A stretch of 63,459 nucleotides of DNA, counting the filler, from Phoronis australis (taxonomy: Eukaryota > Animalia > Phoronida), in assembly GCA_002633005.1 (NCBI GenBank). It is 4 parts of 4 records of this genome, joined end to end, with 100 filler letters (N's around TTAATTAATTAA, not from the genome) between each part and the next. Parts side by side here need not be neighbours in the genome. Positions count along the whole stretch, not along the records: positions 30,495 to 56,564 come from NMRA01000516.1; positions 56,665 to 62,111 come from NMRA01002334.1; 2 more parts are not named here. One strand, given 5' to 3'. The position numbers and the translations under genes were made by a program. Shown piece after piece: positions 47,601-58,314 of this stretch. Position 1 is the first letter of the stretch. Each line of letters starts with the position of its first letter. A model generated the notes under the pieces. The model ran no database searches. It saw only the letters and a list, made by a program, of their open reading frames with translations, and was not told the origin of the DNA.

Positions 47601-50600
47601 TGGTAAAACTCACTTCAGGAAATTTTAAACAATAAAGGGTCTTAATACAGTTACAGGTGACCGATCAATTACAGCTGGGTTTTGAAAGCGATACCGTCAC
47701 GACACGCAATGATAGTCTTAGAGGCAATAAACTTGTAATTCATGCCATTTACCCGGCGTTATAACATCGGTCTTACGTCATTTCTTGCACAAATTAGAAA
47801 TAGTTTCTGGCTTGTCATTATTACTTCACATCAGTCCTGTTTGTCACGGCTGGTTACTTCACATCAGCCCTGCTAGTCACTGCAAGTTGCTTCACATCAG
47901 TCCAACTTGTCACGTCACGGCAGGTTGCTTCACATCAGTCCAGCTTGTCACTACAGGTCACTTCACATCAGCCCTGCTTGTCACGGCAGGTCACTTCACA
48001 TCAGCCCTGCTTGTCACGGCAGGTTACTCTATTGTTCAGTCACCCAAGCAGTACTTACAGCTGTCAAGCCATTCGTTATGAAAAGGTGTTTTCTATAATT
48101 GTACTACGCTCTCTGGTTATAACCAATTTCAAAACAAAAGATGTGAACGTTACTTTGGGAAACTAAACGAGTAAATAGGACAGTAAATTCGATTCATGTT
48201 GTTGACAGCCGACCATGGTATACAGTGCCTTCAATAAGCAAATTTCTTAATTTCACTGACTATCATTGTGTGAACCAAAAAGCACCTGTTAAACATTTTC
48301 ATTTAATGGATTCGTATTTACTTTTCGTGTTGCTTCTTACTTACATAGCCAATGTCCTCCCTTGTTACTTACATACACAGTGTCTTCTCTTGTAGCACAT
48401 GGACCCACGGGATGTGCTGGTGTCACGTCACTATTTCTGAGGTTGACCACTTGAGGTGGAAGCCATTGTTTGGCGACAAAGTTAGCGCCTAGATCTCTGT
48501 ACACACCATTCGGGTGCTTAAAAGGACAATGTTACAATTGGGGGACTTTTTGTATTTTTAGCATAATTTACTTCAAGCGTCTATAAACCCACTTTCCATC
48601 ACGAAAACCGGCTTTAGATTTAGATTACTTTCAGTCTTAAAATTGGTCGTAAATTGAAGTCAAATAAGAGGTGACATCACAGTGTTCGCATCAAGTGACT
48701 TGCTCACCGTGCTTCACTCCCGGACTCTAGTAGGCTTGTTAGACTCACAGTGTTCGCTCATTGAGCTTTACTCGCGGAGTGTAGGCTTGTTACGGTAATG
48801 CTCCATGTTATTTTGGTCAAAAATAATTTCGAAATGTTCATTTTTCATTTTTCAAAACCTGCTTACTTTTACAGTACATAATGAAAAATTTACAAAATGT
48901 CTTGTTTCACGATATCTCCGCATTACCAACCATGGTAGTAATAGAATAAAAAAATTTTAATTTTCAGTTTTGTGGAGAAATTTGACAAAATGGAATTTTA
49001 CTTGTTAGATATAGCGTGTCCCGAATAAATGAAAAATTACCGTAGTGCCGGTTTTATGAAAATCTACGAAAAAGATTTAAAATGCCGTTCAGAGAAGGTA
49101 AAACCAAAATTGTCTTCAAAAGCCTAATATTCCCTATCAAAAATAGTATACAACATAGGTAACATAGATAGGACTAAGAGGAGAAGACGAGGGGGTTTGA
49201 GGGGTATTTTGTACTCTTGATAGGCCTTATTTGTACATTAGCAGCAGGAGTGTCGCTCATAAGAAGGCACTCGAGCGTGTACAAATATTAGGGATCAACA
49301 AAATCATGACGTCATACGTGATGCAAATTTATGCTAAGAGTCTCTTTTGACCTTCAAATGAGGGGAACTTTGCGATCTACAGAGCCGGAGTACGGCTGTC
49401 TTCGCGGCGGGCCTTTGGTGTGTACATAGTACATATATGTCATGACTCTGCCATTGACGCCCTGGAAACCATTTGTTTAAATCGATCAATGAAATGACTT
49501 GGTGTGGTGAATGGAGTACATTGACTTTGAGTCCGGCTTTGAACATTGAATACCGGTACGGTCGCGGCAGCCCAACAAGCATCAAGATATATTTAAAGAC
49601 TTGCAAACCAGCTTACGCTTTGACTGGTGTAAGGCCACGTGTTGTAGAACGAAGAAATGCTGGTTTCAGATTGACAGCTACCAAGGCCTCTTCCAACGCC
49701 AAACCTTGACGGACGAATTTTGATATTTGCGCAGGAGTAATAAGTGCTGCAGTTGTTGCGCGACGGCGATTGTTGGACGCACGGCTCTTCTGTAAAGACA
49801 AACGATTAACTTACGCAATGCCACTCCGGACGAAGGATAGAACTTGAACCCATCTTACACGGGAGATAGAACCATCACATTGACCCACTCTTTGCAAAAC
49901 ACTTCTAGGCCACCCGTAGTGACAAGAAGCTAGCACACTCACGACTGGAAGGAATTAAGTTAAATTGGTTAAAAACCAGCCTTCCAATCAGTAGCACTTG
50001 GACCTCGCCAAATCGCAAGACTCCGCGAGATTGCGCGAGATATTGCATTGAATGAGAACACCTGACTTTGGCTAGATTTTAGCTAGGTCCTAGCGTAGGT
50101 CCTAGCGTTACTGAACGCTAGCCTGCAGTTGTATGTCGAATAAACTAACATTTGATTTTAGATCACGTTTCGTTATTATGTTTGTCTCGAAGTCTCGATT
50201 TGCTCCCTGGTCGAGTGAGAAGGCGTTTCTGGGCTTAGAAATAACTCATAGTTCTTTATTATTGCTCGATACTATGACCAGCACAACAAACTTCACGGAG
50301 TGTCATTCAGCTTGTTACGAAGAGTCTGCTCTCGAGCACTAACAAACTGTGGCGAGATCTTCCCAATGCGAGGGTTGATTTCTAATCTAACCAACGAACA
50401 AGCTGAGACCAGGGGTTTTGTAACCTATAGTGGTGTTAATCAAAAGTTAGCTTTTGATCGAAGAATTTGGATAACGCCTTATAGGTGATCTCGTCCTAGA
50501 CTCTATCTTTTGAATCCAAATAAACCCTTCAAAGTGGTCATAAATGTTTGAATTCGCTTACCAACAATTTTGGTGTGATATTTTAAGCATTCTATCTTCA

Positions 50601-53532
50601 CTTTGTGTACTTTTGATCAAGAAATAAACGCAGAAAGTAAAAAATGTGATTGACTGCATCATCGACCAACTGAGTATTTTTGGGCCTAAACACGTCTTTT
50701 GACGACGACGGAAATTGTGGAAGTCCATAGACAAACTGTTCTATTAAGCAAAATAACTTCAACAGACACATGAACTTAAATTATTCAGTTGAATCATTAG
50801 ATTGACACAACTGATGTACAGGCAGACTAGATATACATGTATTTTAGTTAGGCGATCAGCTACTCACGGGCGTCGTTGTATTTATCTGTCATAACGCTTA
50901 TCAATTGTAAATAGCAGTCATTGCATTCGATGTCTGGAATAATAACGGTGATGTGAGATGTACTGTCTTTACATCGGCCGATCGGATATCCGTTTATCTG
51001 AAGAGAACAAGTACACTTTAGTGATGCGTGTACTGTATACCCAGTAGTTACATGGGTCAACTTTGAATTTCAAAGTCTTAAAAATGAAGAAGCACAGTTT
51101 TCAAATTGGATGTATTGTTCACAGGAATAAGAAGAGTTAAGTAAGCCTAGTGTTAATAGACTGTAGGGCAAGCCCAGACCAAGCAGATTTTCTTACGTCA
51201 AGTGGTGGGATGATTGGATATCCCAAAAACCTCTACCCAAGATTGAGCGCACATCAGTCCCATCTATCAGCAAAAAGTTCACTGCTTGATTGGAAGCATC
51301 TGCGGTAGATTCACCGAACACATTACGTAGATCTAACTCAATGTTCACAAAGATTACAATGTTTATGTAGAAGACGCTATATTAAGGAACGTGTTGACTT
51401 ACTTTACAAGTGGTAAAGAAGTTTGCGAAGCTAATCTTAGCCGCATTATTGTGTGGGATATGATCAAGGAGAGTGCAGAATGTTGAATCGTCGCCTCTCT
51501 TCAGTAGTCGAATGGAGGTTGGCGCATCTGAAAGTCAATAATTTGCTTTAAGTGCACCTTCCTTATTCTTAGAATAACGTTGTTTTCTCAAAACTCTCTA
51601 TTACTATTTTAAAGCACCCACCGGGAACATATCAGACATTTCCAAAACCCCAAACTGTACCTCAGACATATTTCATATCGAGCAAGTACCGCGCCGCTTG
51701 GCAAACTTCAACCATAACCTCAAAGAGACTTGGTAAGGAAACGGTTGAAAACGACGGGTTCAACCTACCAGGTCTCAAAAGTAATGCATATGACGCCATT
51801 CTCAATCCTTTGTCTGCCAATTGATGCACAATTAACCCTTGTTTAAGCCTATTACAGCATTGGTATACTCATTGGCTGCTGCTCGTCGACTTCTTCTGAT
51901 TTTGAGAGTATCATGGTTTTCTAATAATGAAGTTCATACACAGACATAAAACAACTCTGAGCTGAGGCAATACTTGACGAGTACGGGCGTGATTAGAATG
52001 TTTGTGGACAGCAGAACCCACTTCTGCTTCTACGTCACCTCTTACTCGTGTTGTCTTAGGAAGTACTTGAATACTACTACCGCTGTCACGTTGTTCACTG
52101 TTGTCGCAGCTTCCGCTGCCCACTGAGTGTTGCGCCTCCCGACGATCACATTATGTATATGATCACATTACGCTATTCTAGAGGTGGTCTGTAATAGCTG
52201 CCAACCCTTTAAAATTATTACCATTAGTTGAATCACTAAGACCTCTCTTGTGATTGTCTATACTTGAGTTATCTTGGTAAATATTGTCAAAGACTTTGAT
52301 TTTAGACCAAAGTCGAACAAATGTGTATCATTATAGTCATCATGTGTTCCATCGGTCGGGTATCAGGTCATTTTATTAACACAATTAATAAGTTCCAACA
52401 GTTCTAATGTGCCATTCTGGCTTGTCAATGCATAAGAAATCATATTAAATGGCAGGAAAACATCAAGATTCAACTTTCTATACATGGTCTAGGCAAAAGG
52501 ACCTTAGTATAGAAAACTATCCCACTGTTTGAGTCAACACATAGTGTCAGTACATACATGCATACATACATGCATACATACATGCATACATACATGCATG
52601 CATACATGCATGCATACATGCATGCATACATATACAAACTCGATTTACAGTGAGTAGTGAACAGGTGTGTGTTATGTATTTTAAATTTCCTTACCACGTT
52701 ATTGGAAGATAACAATCCATTACCTGTATGAAAAAAGGTCTCCTCAAACCTAAGAGTCATAGGACCTGGTTTCACCTCCGTGAACATGTTCTCAGTTCCG
52801 GTGTAACCTACGTCTCCACATGGGCCCTACAAACGAAGAAGAGCCTAGGTCTAAAAATTTATCCAATAGCATGATTTCAGAACTCTACGGTAAACATTTT
52901 GTTACTGATTTGCATTATGAATTCAACCAGCTATCGCGGGCTCAAACGTCTGCAGAACTTGTTTGATTTTGGAATCCACATGTTCTTTACGTCAATAGTG
53001 TGCGCGAAAATCACACACGGTCACTCAACATTATCTTCACCAATTCTCCAGCATTTACGCACTTTCTTCGTTTGCATTCGCATGAAATAAAATTACTATT
53101 GAATAAGCTCCAAAATTCCCCATTCTTGCAAATCCTAACCGTCTCTTTCCTTATATGATCCAAAGGCGTCGCACTGATTTGACGGTAACCCGTAGCCTTT
53201 GGCTACACGCTTTTGTCAAACAGTCATTACAAAAGAAATTATTTCACGCTGTAATGAAATTTAATAATTTTACAGAAAGAAATGTTGTATGTAAATCTAT
53301 ATGGTACATGTTCCCAGATTGATGCAAAATGCGGTTAGCTGTTCACAGCACTCTGCAACACTGCATGCACGTTGAAAGCTTTTATGTTGATTCGTCTCCT
53401 TAGGAAAAACCAACTCACCGTTTTAAATCCAGAGTTAGGATGCTGCGGACTTGGACATACGAATCTTGCATGGCCGCTGACTTGAACAAGGGCGTGCACA
53501 GTCAGAAGCACGACCTTAACGAGAGCCGTCAT
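38475..53532 (-). CDS. Multi-exon gene: secreted LPMO-like (N-terminal His-brace) protein with C-terminal CHRD-like repeats
   Basis: GT-AG exons 53532-53419, 52826-52724, 51527-51403, 50997-50868, [an exon not found], 48516-48373, 45770-45617, 45242-45088, [N-gap], 43508-43371, 41196-41046, 40271-40154, 38921-38774, 38621-38475 (TAA). All identified junctions are phase-consistent except 50868 to 48516. Confidence 0.8.
38774..38921 (-). CDS. Exon of LPMO-like/CHRD gene
   Basis: Phase 2-0, (S)GLIHDLTDSLVVGSLLVESNGRPVATFSSLNTTKTTLYANHLSKSMFFE. Confidence 0.75.
39020..39123. repeat. 25-bp minisatellite, 4 copies (intronic)
   Basis: tacaacagcgttacagt(g/t)acaca repeated. Confidence 0.85.
40154..40271 (-). 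CDS. Exon of LPMO-like/CHRD gene
   Basis: Phase 1-2, (C)QTSYLTQDGKPLDRGLSAQTPYNALVSFVLHSDGKLHV(S); bridges the phases of both neighbouring exons. Confidence 0.75.
40590..40710 (-). mobile_element. tRNA-derived SINE head
   Basis: Minus strand GGCAGTGTGGCCTGGTTGATAAG (A box) ... GTGTTCGAGTCCCACC (B box), continuing into non-tRNA sequence. Confidence 0.7.
41046..41196 (-). CDS. Exon of LPMO-like/CHRD gene
   Basis: Phase 0-1, FTSSEQILMLQSGLLTLDVTTSDMNPSDNRRIKGEIPKFMKCDKNNHQEV; resembles the CHRD C-terminal half (LxxGxLYVNVHT..P.GEIRGQI). Confidence 0.8.
42226..43003 (+). mobile_element. CATGCGCGCACCC-type MITE (shown twice because of an assembly overlap)
   Basis: atgcgcgcacccagccttatatggggggctcg ... 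cccc gggtgcgtgcatg; related to 19754-19982. Confidence 0.55.
43371..43508 (-). CDS. Exon of LPMO-like/CHRD gene
   Basis: 138 nt, phase 0-0, VDLSGVGVNSSLSHVTVNGPPGELFDLTSSASSIIGNKWIVKGILQ. Confidence 0.8.
45088..45242 (-). CDS. Exon of LPMO-like/CHRD gene
   Basis: Phase 1-0, (S)ILDETDYHIQNRVIFINAVNKIIGAVPSNSVLTLSVNRQEQRSKPSLSGVQ; gtaagt donor. Confidence 0.78.
45617..45770 (-). CDS. Exon of LPMO-like/CHRD gene
   Basis: Phase 0-1, AIFGESDRSLFHGIVTFTTFRGQVTTVSGLITSGRDIDKTASVDIYTSNGA; gtaagt donor. Confidence 0.78.
47812..48028. repeat. 33-bp minisatellite, ~6.5 copies (intronic)
   Basis: cttcacatcag recurs at 47824, 47857, 47891, 47928, 47961 and 47994. Confidence 0.9.
48373..48516 (-). CDS. 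Exon of LPMO-like/CHRD gene (end of N-terminal region)
   Basis: 144 nt, phase 0-0, HPNGVYRDLGANFVAKQWLPPQVVNLRNSDVTPAHPVGPCATREDTVY. Confidence 0.78.
49980..50122 (+). mobile_element. ~150-bp MITE, same family as 25445-25592
   Basis: ggctagattttagctaggtcctagcgtaggtcctagcgttactgaacg terminus. Confidence 0.7.
50868..50997 (-). CDS. Exon 4 of LPMO-like gene
   Basis: Phase 0-1, INGYPIGRCKDSTSHITVIIPDIECNDCYLQLISVMTDKYNDA; the PxxxCxxCxLQ motif is typical of LPMO-fold proteins. Confidence 0.88.
51403..51527 (-). CDS. Exon 3 of LPMO-like gene
   Basis: Phase 1-0, (D)APTSIRLLKRGDDSTFCTLLDHIPHNNAAKISFANFFTTCK. Confidence 0.88.
52550..52633. repeat. (TACA/TGCA)n tetranucleotide microsatellite
   Basis: tacatacatgcatacatacatgca... 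directly visible. Confidence 0.95.
52724..52826 (-). CDS. Exon 2 of LPMO-like gene (second His of the putative brace)
   Basis: Phase 0-1, GPCGDVGYTGTENMFTEVKPGPMTLRFEETFFHT. Confidence 0.88.
53419..53532 (-). CDS. Exon 1 of LPMO-like gene: signal peptide + mature N-terminal His
   Basis: MTALVKVVLLTVHALVQVSG^HARFVCPSPQHPNSGFKT; gtgagt donor. Confidence 0.88.
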
Positions 53533-56500
53533 TGTTTTTGTCTGGAAGGCTTCGACTGACAACCTTGAAGACGCTGCGTCATGCTGTAGTGGGCTGATCT
53601 TGTGGACACTTGTGTAATCAAAGTTTTGTTGACCTGAGATTTCCCACACGAGATAATGAAGCATTTGAAAGGGATTGATTGACAACGGAGCGATTTTCGT
53701 CTGATGATGGGTGTTGCTATTTCATATGAATCTCTTTCGGACCACCGTTGTTTCATATTTCTTTTGGCTGGACCATAACGGTATGAATATTGCTATTTGT
53801 CAATTCCTGAAACTCATTCCACCACCCATACGTCTATCGGCAAATAATAGGCTTTCGTTAATATGTTAAGGATGTTTTTCACTCGAATGTTTCATGAATA
53901 TGCACACGCGCTTATGATCCACTTGTACACTGTATAAGCGCAGTCGTATATCCGTCGGCAGAATCGACTCATCTTTTGGAGTTAAAATAATTCTCCCATG
54001 ATACTGACCGCTCATATCTTCATTTTATCCCCGGTATGTTCTTGATTGCAAGCCACTAGTAGCACTTCTAGTATTTTTCTTTCTTCAGTATTCTGAGGTC
54101 TCATTTATTTTTGAATAACGTAAAATATATATAACCAGCACTGGATTGCTTAATTATCCGCTGAATAAGTTTGATTGTTGCATGACGTCGGGTGCGTTGT
54201 TCAACAATAACAACGTGGCGCGTGATAATGCGACGTCATTGTTGCTATGAAGCGTATAACTTTTATGCAGCTGGACCCTGAATGGAAACCTACATCAAGG
54301 CACAGTGTGTGATCAGTGGCATGTATGAATCGCATGGAATTGGTTTTTAGTGGCACCTCGAATGTATGAGCTAGCTCGTGTTGGGGGATCCTGTTTTGGT
54401 TTCTGCCGGACCCATTTCAGAGTGCAGATTTGTCTCTCATGGGTCATTTGATATTTAGTGCGGTACTACTGTCCGTTTTAATCTAGCTCTGTGCCGCTGG
54501 GTCTTTGTTTTCTTACTCTTTGTGAACGCAGTGCCTGTAACTCGCATTTATTCCTAAGTTTATGCAATCATTTTGAATTACAAAACATGAAACCTAGGGA
54601 ACCGGTGGGACAGTTAAATTTGGACATCGTCAATGTATACTTGACATTTGAAGTAGTAGCCCGTTGTAGGGGGCCACGACCCAAAATATGGGTACACATC
54701 ACATGTCTAACCACAAAAAGCAAGTGAAAGAGTTACTTTTTCAGGCAAGCAATGCGTTGCGCGCTTTGGTTGTTTTTGTCCGTTTTAGGTGGCACGAGGC
54801 GCTTTTTTCTTTGACGATTTCGCTGGGGTATGTTTCAGAAAATCGTGCTGTAAGTCATTTTTTCTGTGACTGTTAATTTAGGTACACAGCAACTGAAAAA
54901 AAATGTATAAATCACGTCATTTTAAATCTCCATATCGCTCCGTTATATCCACTTCGACTTGTATGGATTTTGGCTCCTTTAAACACTCCACCATGCTTTA
55001 TTTTTGAAGTTCGTTAACGACAACGCGTACCAGGATTTTAAGGTTCGTGCCCTCCCCTCGAGTTTTAGTTGGCAATTTTGACATGAAGATGATTGTGATA
55101 TTTTGCGTTCCATGACGAGAATTCCATCAAGGCAGGTTTTGCCTAATTAAGCTTTTCATTCATTTTTGTACCGTGTATGGTCGTAGGCAAAATATGATAC
55201 CATCAAGATTTTAGTCTAGATGTTTCCAAACTGGGTTTTTGGCCATAACATTTATAGGAATCTGATTATGAGAGCGCAAGAGAAAACGAACATATTTGCG
55301 ACGTTTCGTTTACTCAATGTAAATGAGCCTAAATGTCAGAAAATATTTGTTTTTTCTTTCTCGCTTATGATGATTTTCAAGGGTTTCCGTTATTCAGTTT
55401 CGGCAAGGTCGTCGCTTTCTCGCAAAGCTACCGATTGGATAATCAACTACGCACTTATTTGCTTTTCATTTTAAGGTTGATCATCGTCAATACACCTCCA
55501 AAATCGCGCATCGTTTTTGCGCAAACTACATTGAGATTTAAGTCTCCCGAAAAAAGTTGACGATCGGATAGTGTTTAAAAGTATAATTCTAAATTTCTCC
55601 AGTTAGTGCACCAATGAAGTAAACGAAAGTAGTTCTGCTTGTCGCGTCAGCTGTTGGTATCATTATCTCGATTTATGACCCACAACGCATGACTGGACAA
55701 AGCCTTTTCAAATTAGTGTAGATAAGCCGGTGGAGAGTGAGACCCCTGAGGTCCCAATCGAGTCCTCACCACAATTCCACGTAAGGTCTCCAGGAGTCAC
55801 ACCCAGAGTGCAGGCCCACGGCAGACGTCCATTTCTATATTAAGGTGGACTCTAAGTTCTCCTATGGTCAGATGTTGGTACCTCGTTCATCTATGCTAAG
55901 TTTTCTGGATTGCCGATCCAATAGGCCTACAGAGAATCTGTTGACGATGCCACAGAAGCATACATCATAGATCTGCCATCTACTGCGAACTTCAATGACG
56001 AAATTTGGATTGAGTTGGAAATTCGAATTCCATCATGGAGTACCCGCAAAGCGGGAACAACCGTCGTTGAATGAGTATGATCGAGACTTTTCCAAATATC
56101 AATTTTATGTTAACAATAAGGTGCACAAGCCCAGTAGAGAACCTCAAAGAAGAACGCAAGCGCCCTGAGACAGTTGAGAAACTTCAAATGAATTTTCTGG
56201 ACTGAAGGAGTTAACTTTGGCAAAATCGCCACGCTCTTACCTTGGAAGAAACCGAGAAAAGATGGACGTTTGTGTCGTGTTTGACTAAAAAATCACCCTC
56301 TCGCCGGTTCTCCGAAGGCCGGCACAGGTTAGTCATCTCGTCCCATTTTACTTTTTTATAATTAGTCAAAAAGTTGGGGCAGATCCTCAGTCAAATAGAT
56401 AGTCCTTTCTGCAGGTCTTCCTCACCTGTTCATGTTCACGGAAAACTTTTTCGACATGAGAGACAGTTCTGCATATCTATCGAAACGCCAGCCTTGGAAA

Positions 56501-57150
56501 AATGATGACACACATTAAAAACATTAGTGAATGTATCCCAGTACTTCCTTCTGCCATGTCAAACNNNNNNNNNNNNNNNNNNNNNNNNNNNNNNNNNNNN
56601 NNNNNNNNTTAATTAATTAANNNNNNNNNNNNNNNNNNNNNNNNNNNNNNNNNNNNNNNNNNNNGGGGGGGTAAGTAAAGATGGACACAAGATTAGATTT
56701 TATCAACATCATCTGAATTCTTTCAACATAACCTAATCGAATGCGATATCATTTTTGAAAAAGTAACTTTGTTTAAGGCATTACAGGTCTTGATGCTATG
56801 AGAATTGCCAATTTGAGCAACTGAACGAAGGACTGCACAAAGAAAAAGTTTTGACTACGAGAGTACTTGTTCGAGTTGGAAGGAATTAAAGACATCGACA
56901 GTCTCCTAAGGTGTTCCCTAAGTGCAAAAGGTACTTATGAGAACGTGACTTACGTGTTTTAATCAGTGTGAGGCTAAAAAGCATCTAGTGTACGAAGTTC
57001 CTAAAGCCACAGGAGCTTCGCCGTCTCCACTGTTTGCCTTGGCCTTGGGGACAGCTAGAGTACTACTAGTAGGGCCTAATAGAGACGGTGCAGGTCACTG
57101 TCTACTATGCAGCAAGGCTAGCATCATGTAGCCAGCCAGCTAGCTGTATG

Positions 57151-57855
57151 CACAGGCGTCCTCAGCTTCTGATCGTCCCCAATACACTATATATATAATA
57201 CTACAATGCATGACACTCCGGACTAGAAATTCCACGGGTGCTTCACTTCAGCCGTCCATAACAAACACAAAACTCAATAAGTTTACACAAAACAGAGGTT
57301 CAACAAACCATGGGAAATTTTTCTTTCTCCCAATACCTTTTATGGTGTCATGCTCCCCACGAGTTCGCAAGAAATTCGCAGTCAAAGCACAAAAAAACTT
57401 ACCAAAAAGCTCGTCCGGAGCAACTCCCGTGTCGCATGCAAAGGCTACGGAATTATCCAATGAGTTACGGATGAACGGCAATTGCCGAGTAATCAATGTC
57501 GTGACTTTCTGTGATCATGAATCGACAATTGCTGTTCATCCATAACTCATCTGATAATTCTGTACCCTTCACGTGCGACACGGGAGTTGCTCCGGACGGA
57601 CTTTTTGGGAAGATTTTTGTGCTTTGACCGCAAATTTCTTGCAAACTCGGTAGAGCTGGACACCCTAAATAGTATTAGGAGAAAGAACAATTCCTCATGG
57701 TTTGTTGAACTTCTGTTTTGTGTGAACTCAATGAGTTTTGTGTTTGCTATGGATGGTTGAAGTGAAGCACCTGTGGAATTTCTAGTCTGGAGTGTCATAC
57801 CTCGTAGTATTATGTATAATGTATTGGGGACGATCAGAAGCTGAGGACGCCTGTG
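57151..57855. mobile_element. 705-bp foldback (almost fully palindromic) non-autonomous DNA transposon with 8-bp TSD
   Basis: Termini CACAGGCGTCCTCAGCTTCTGATCGTCCCCAATAC / GTATTGGGGACGATCAGAAGCTGAGGACGCCTGTG; ~340-bp arms with a short central spacer; GCTGTATG duplicated at 57143-57150 and 57856-57863. Confidence 0.9.
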
Positions 57856-57995
57856 GCTGTATGAAGACTATCGACAAAATACTTATTTAGTATAGAACTT
57901 TGTGACAAGGCCAAGCATCACGTAGTAGCCAAGCCTTTAGTCTAGGCGCAAAGCTGTATACTAAATAAGTGTTTTGACGATAGTCTTCATACAGC
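57856..57995. repeat. Short palindromic MITE-like element interrupted at its edge by the foldback insertion
   Basis: gctgtatgaagactatcgacaaaatacttatttagtata ... tatactaaataagtgttttgacgatagtcttcatacagc. Confidence 0.7.
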
Positions 57996-58314
57996 TAACA
58001 AGTGTACAGCTTTGCTCCAAGGCTAGCTGGCTGGCTACCTAGCCTTGTGATGCTGTGCGTGATTCCAAGTTCACGCACAGCAGTGCAAAGCTGTGTACTA
58101 AAATGTTAACGATGGTCTTCATAAATCATACACGGGCAAATCACAATCAAGGTCCATATTCGGTGGCCACTTTTGGTGAAAAATGAAGGTTGTCATATAA
58201 CTGTAAAAGCTACGTTATTTTAAAGTACCATCAATCCAGGTTTTTAATCTAAAATATTTTTGCGCAAGAACCACCGAATAAAATTTTATGGCCTACTGCA
58301 TCACAGTTGTATAA

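Noticed and set aside
47785-48166. Repetitive ORFs (LHISPACHGR)n
   Set aside because: A by-product of a 33-bp intronic minisatellite; unit lengths of 34 and 37 break the frame.
49815-49944. Candidate for the missing LPMO-like exon
   Set aside because: It has splice-like ends but is phase 1-2 (phase 1-0 is needed) and shows no LPMO-like motif.
55780-56564. Possible decayed DIRS-type RT/RNase H; likewise a gag-like trace at ~49450-49800
   Set aside because: Only vague peptide resemblance with many stops; cannot be supported without a profile search.
57210-57798. Two similar ORFs on opposite strands (MTLRTRNSTGASLQPS / MTLQTRNSTGASLQPS)
   Set aside because: Mirror images produced by the foldback element's inverted arms; no coding signature.
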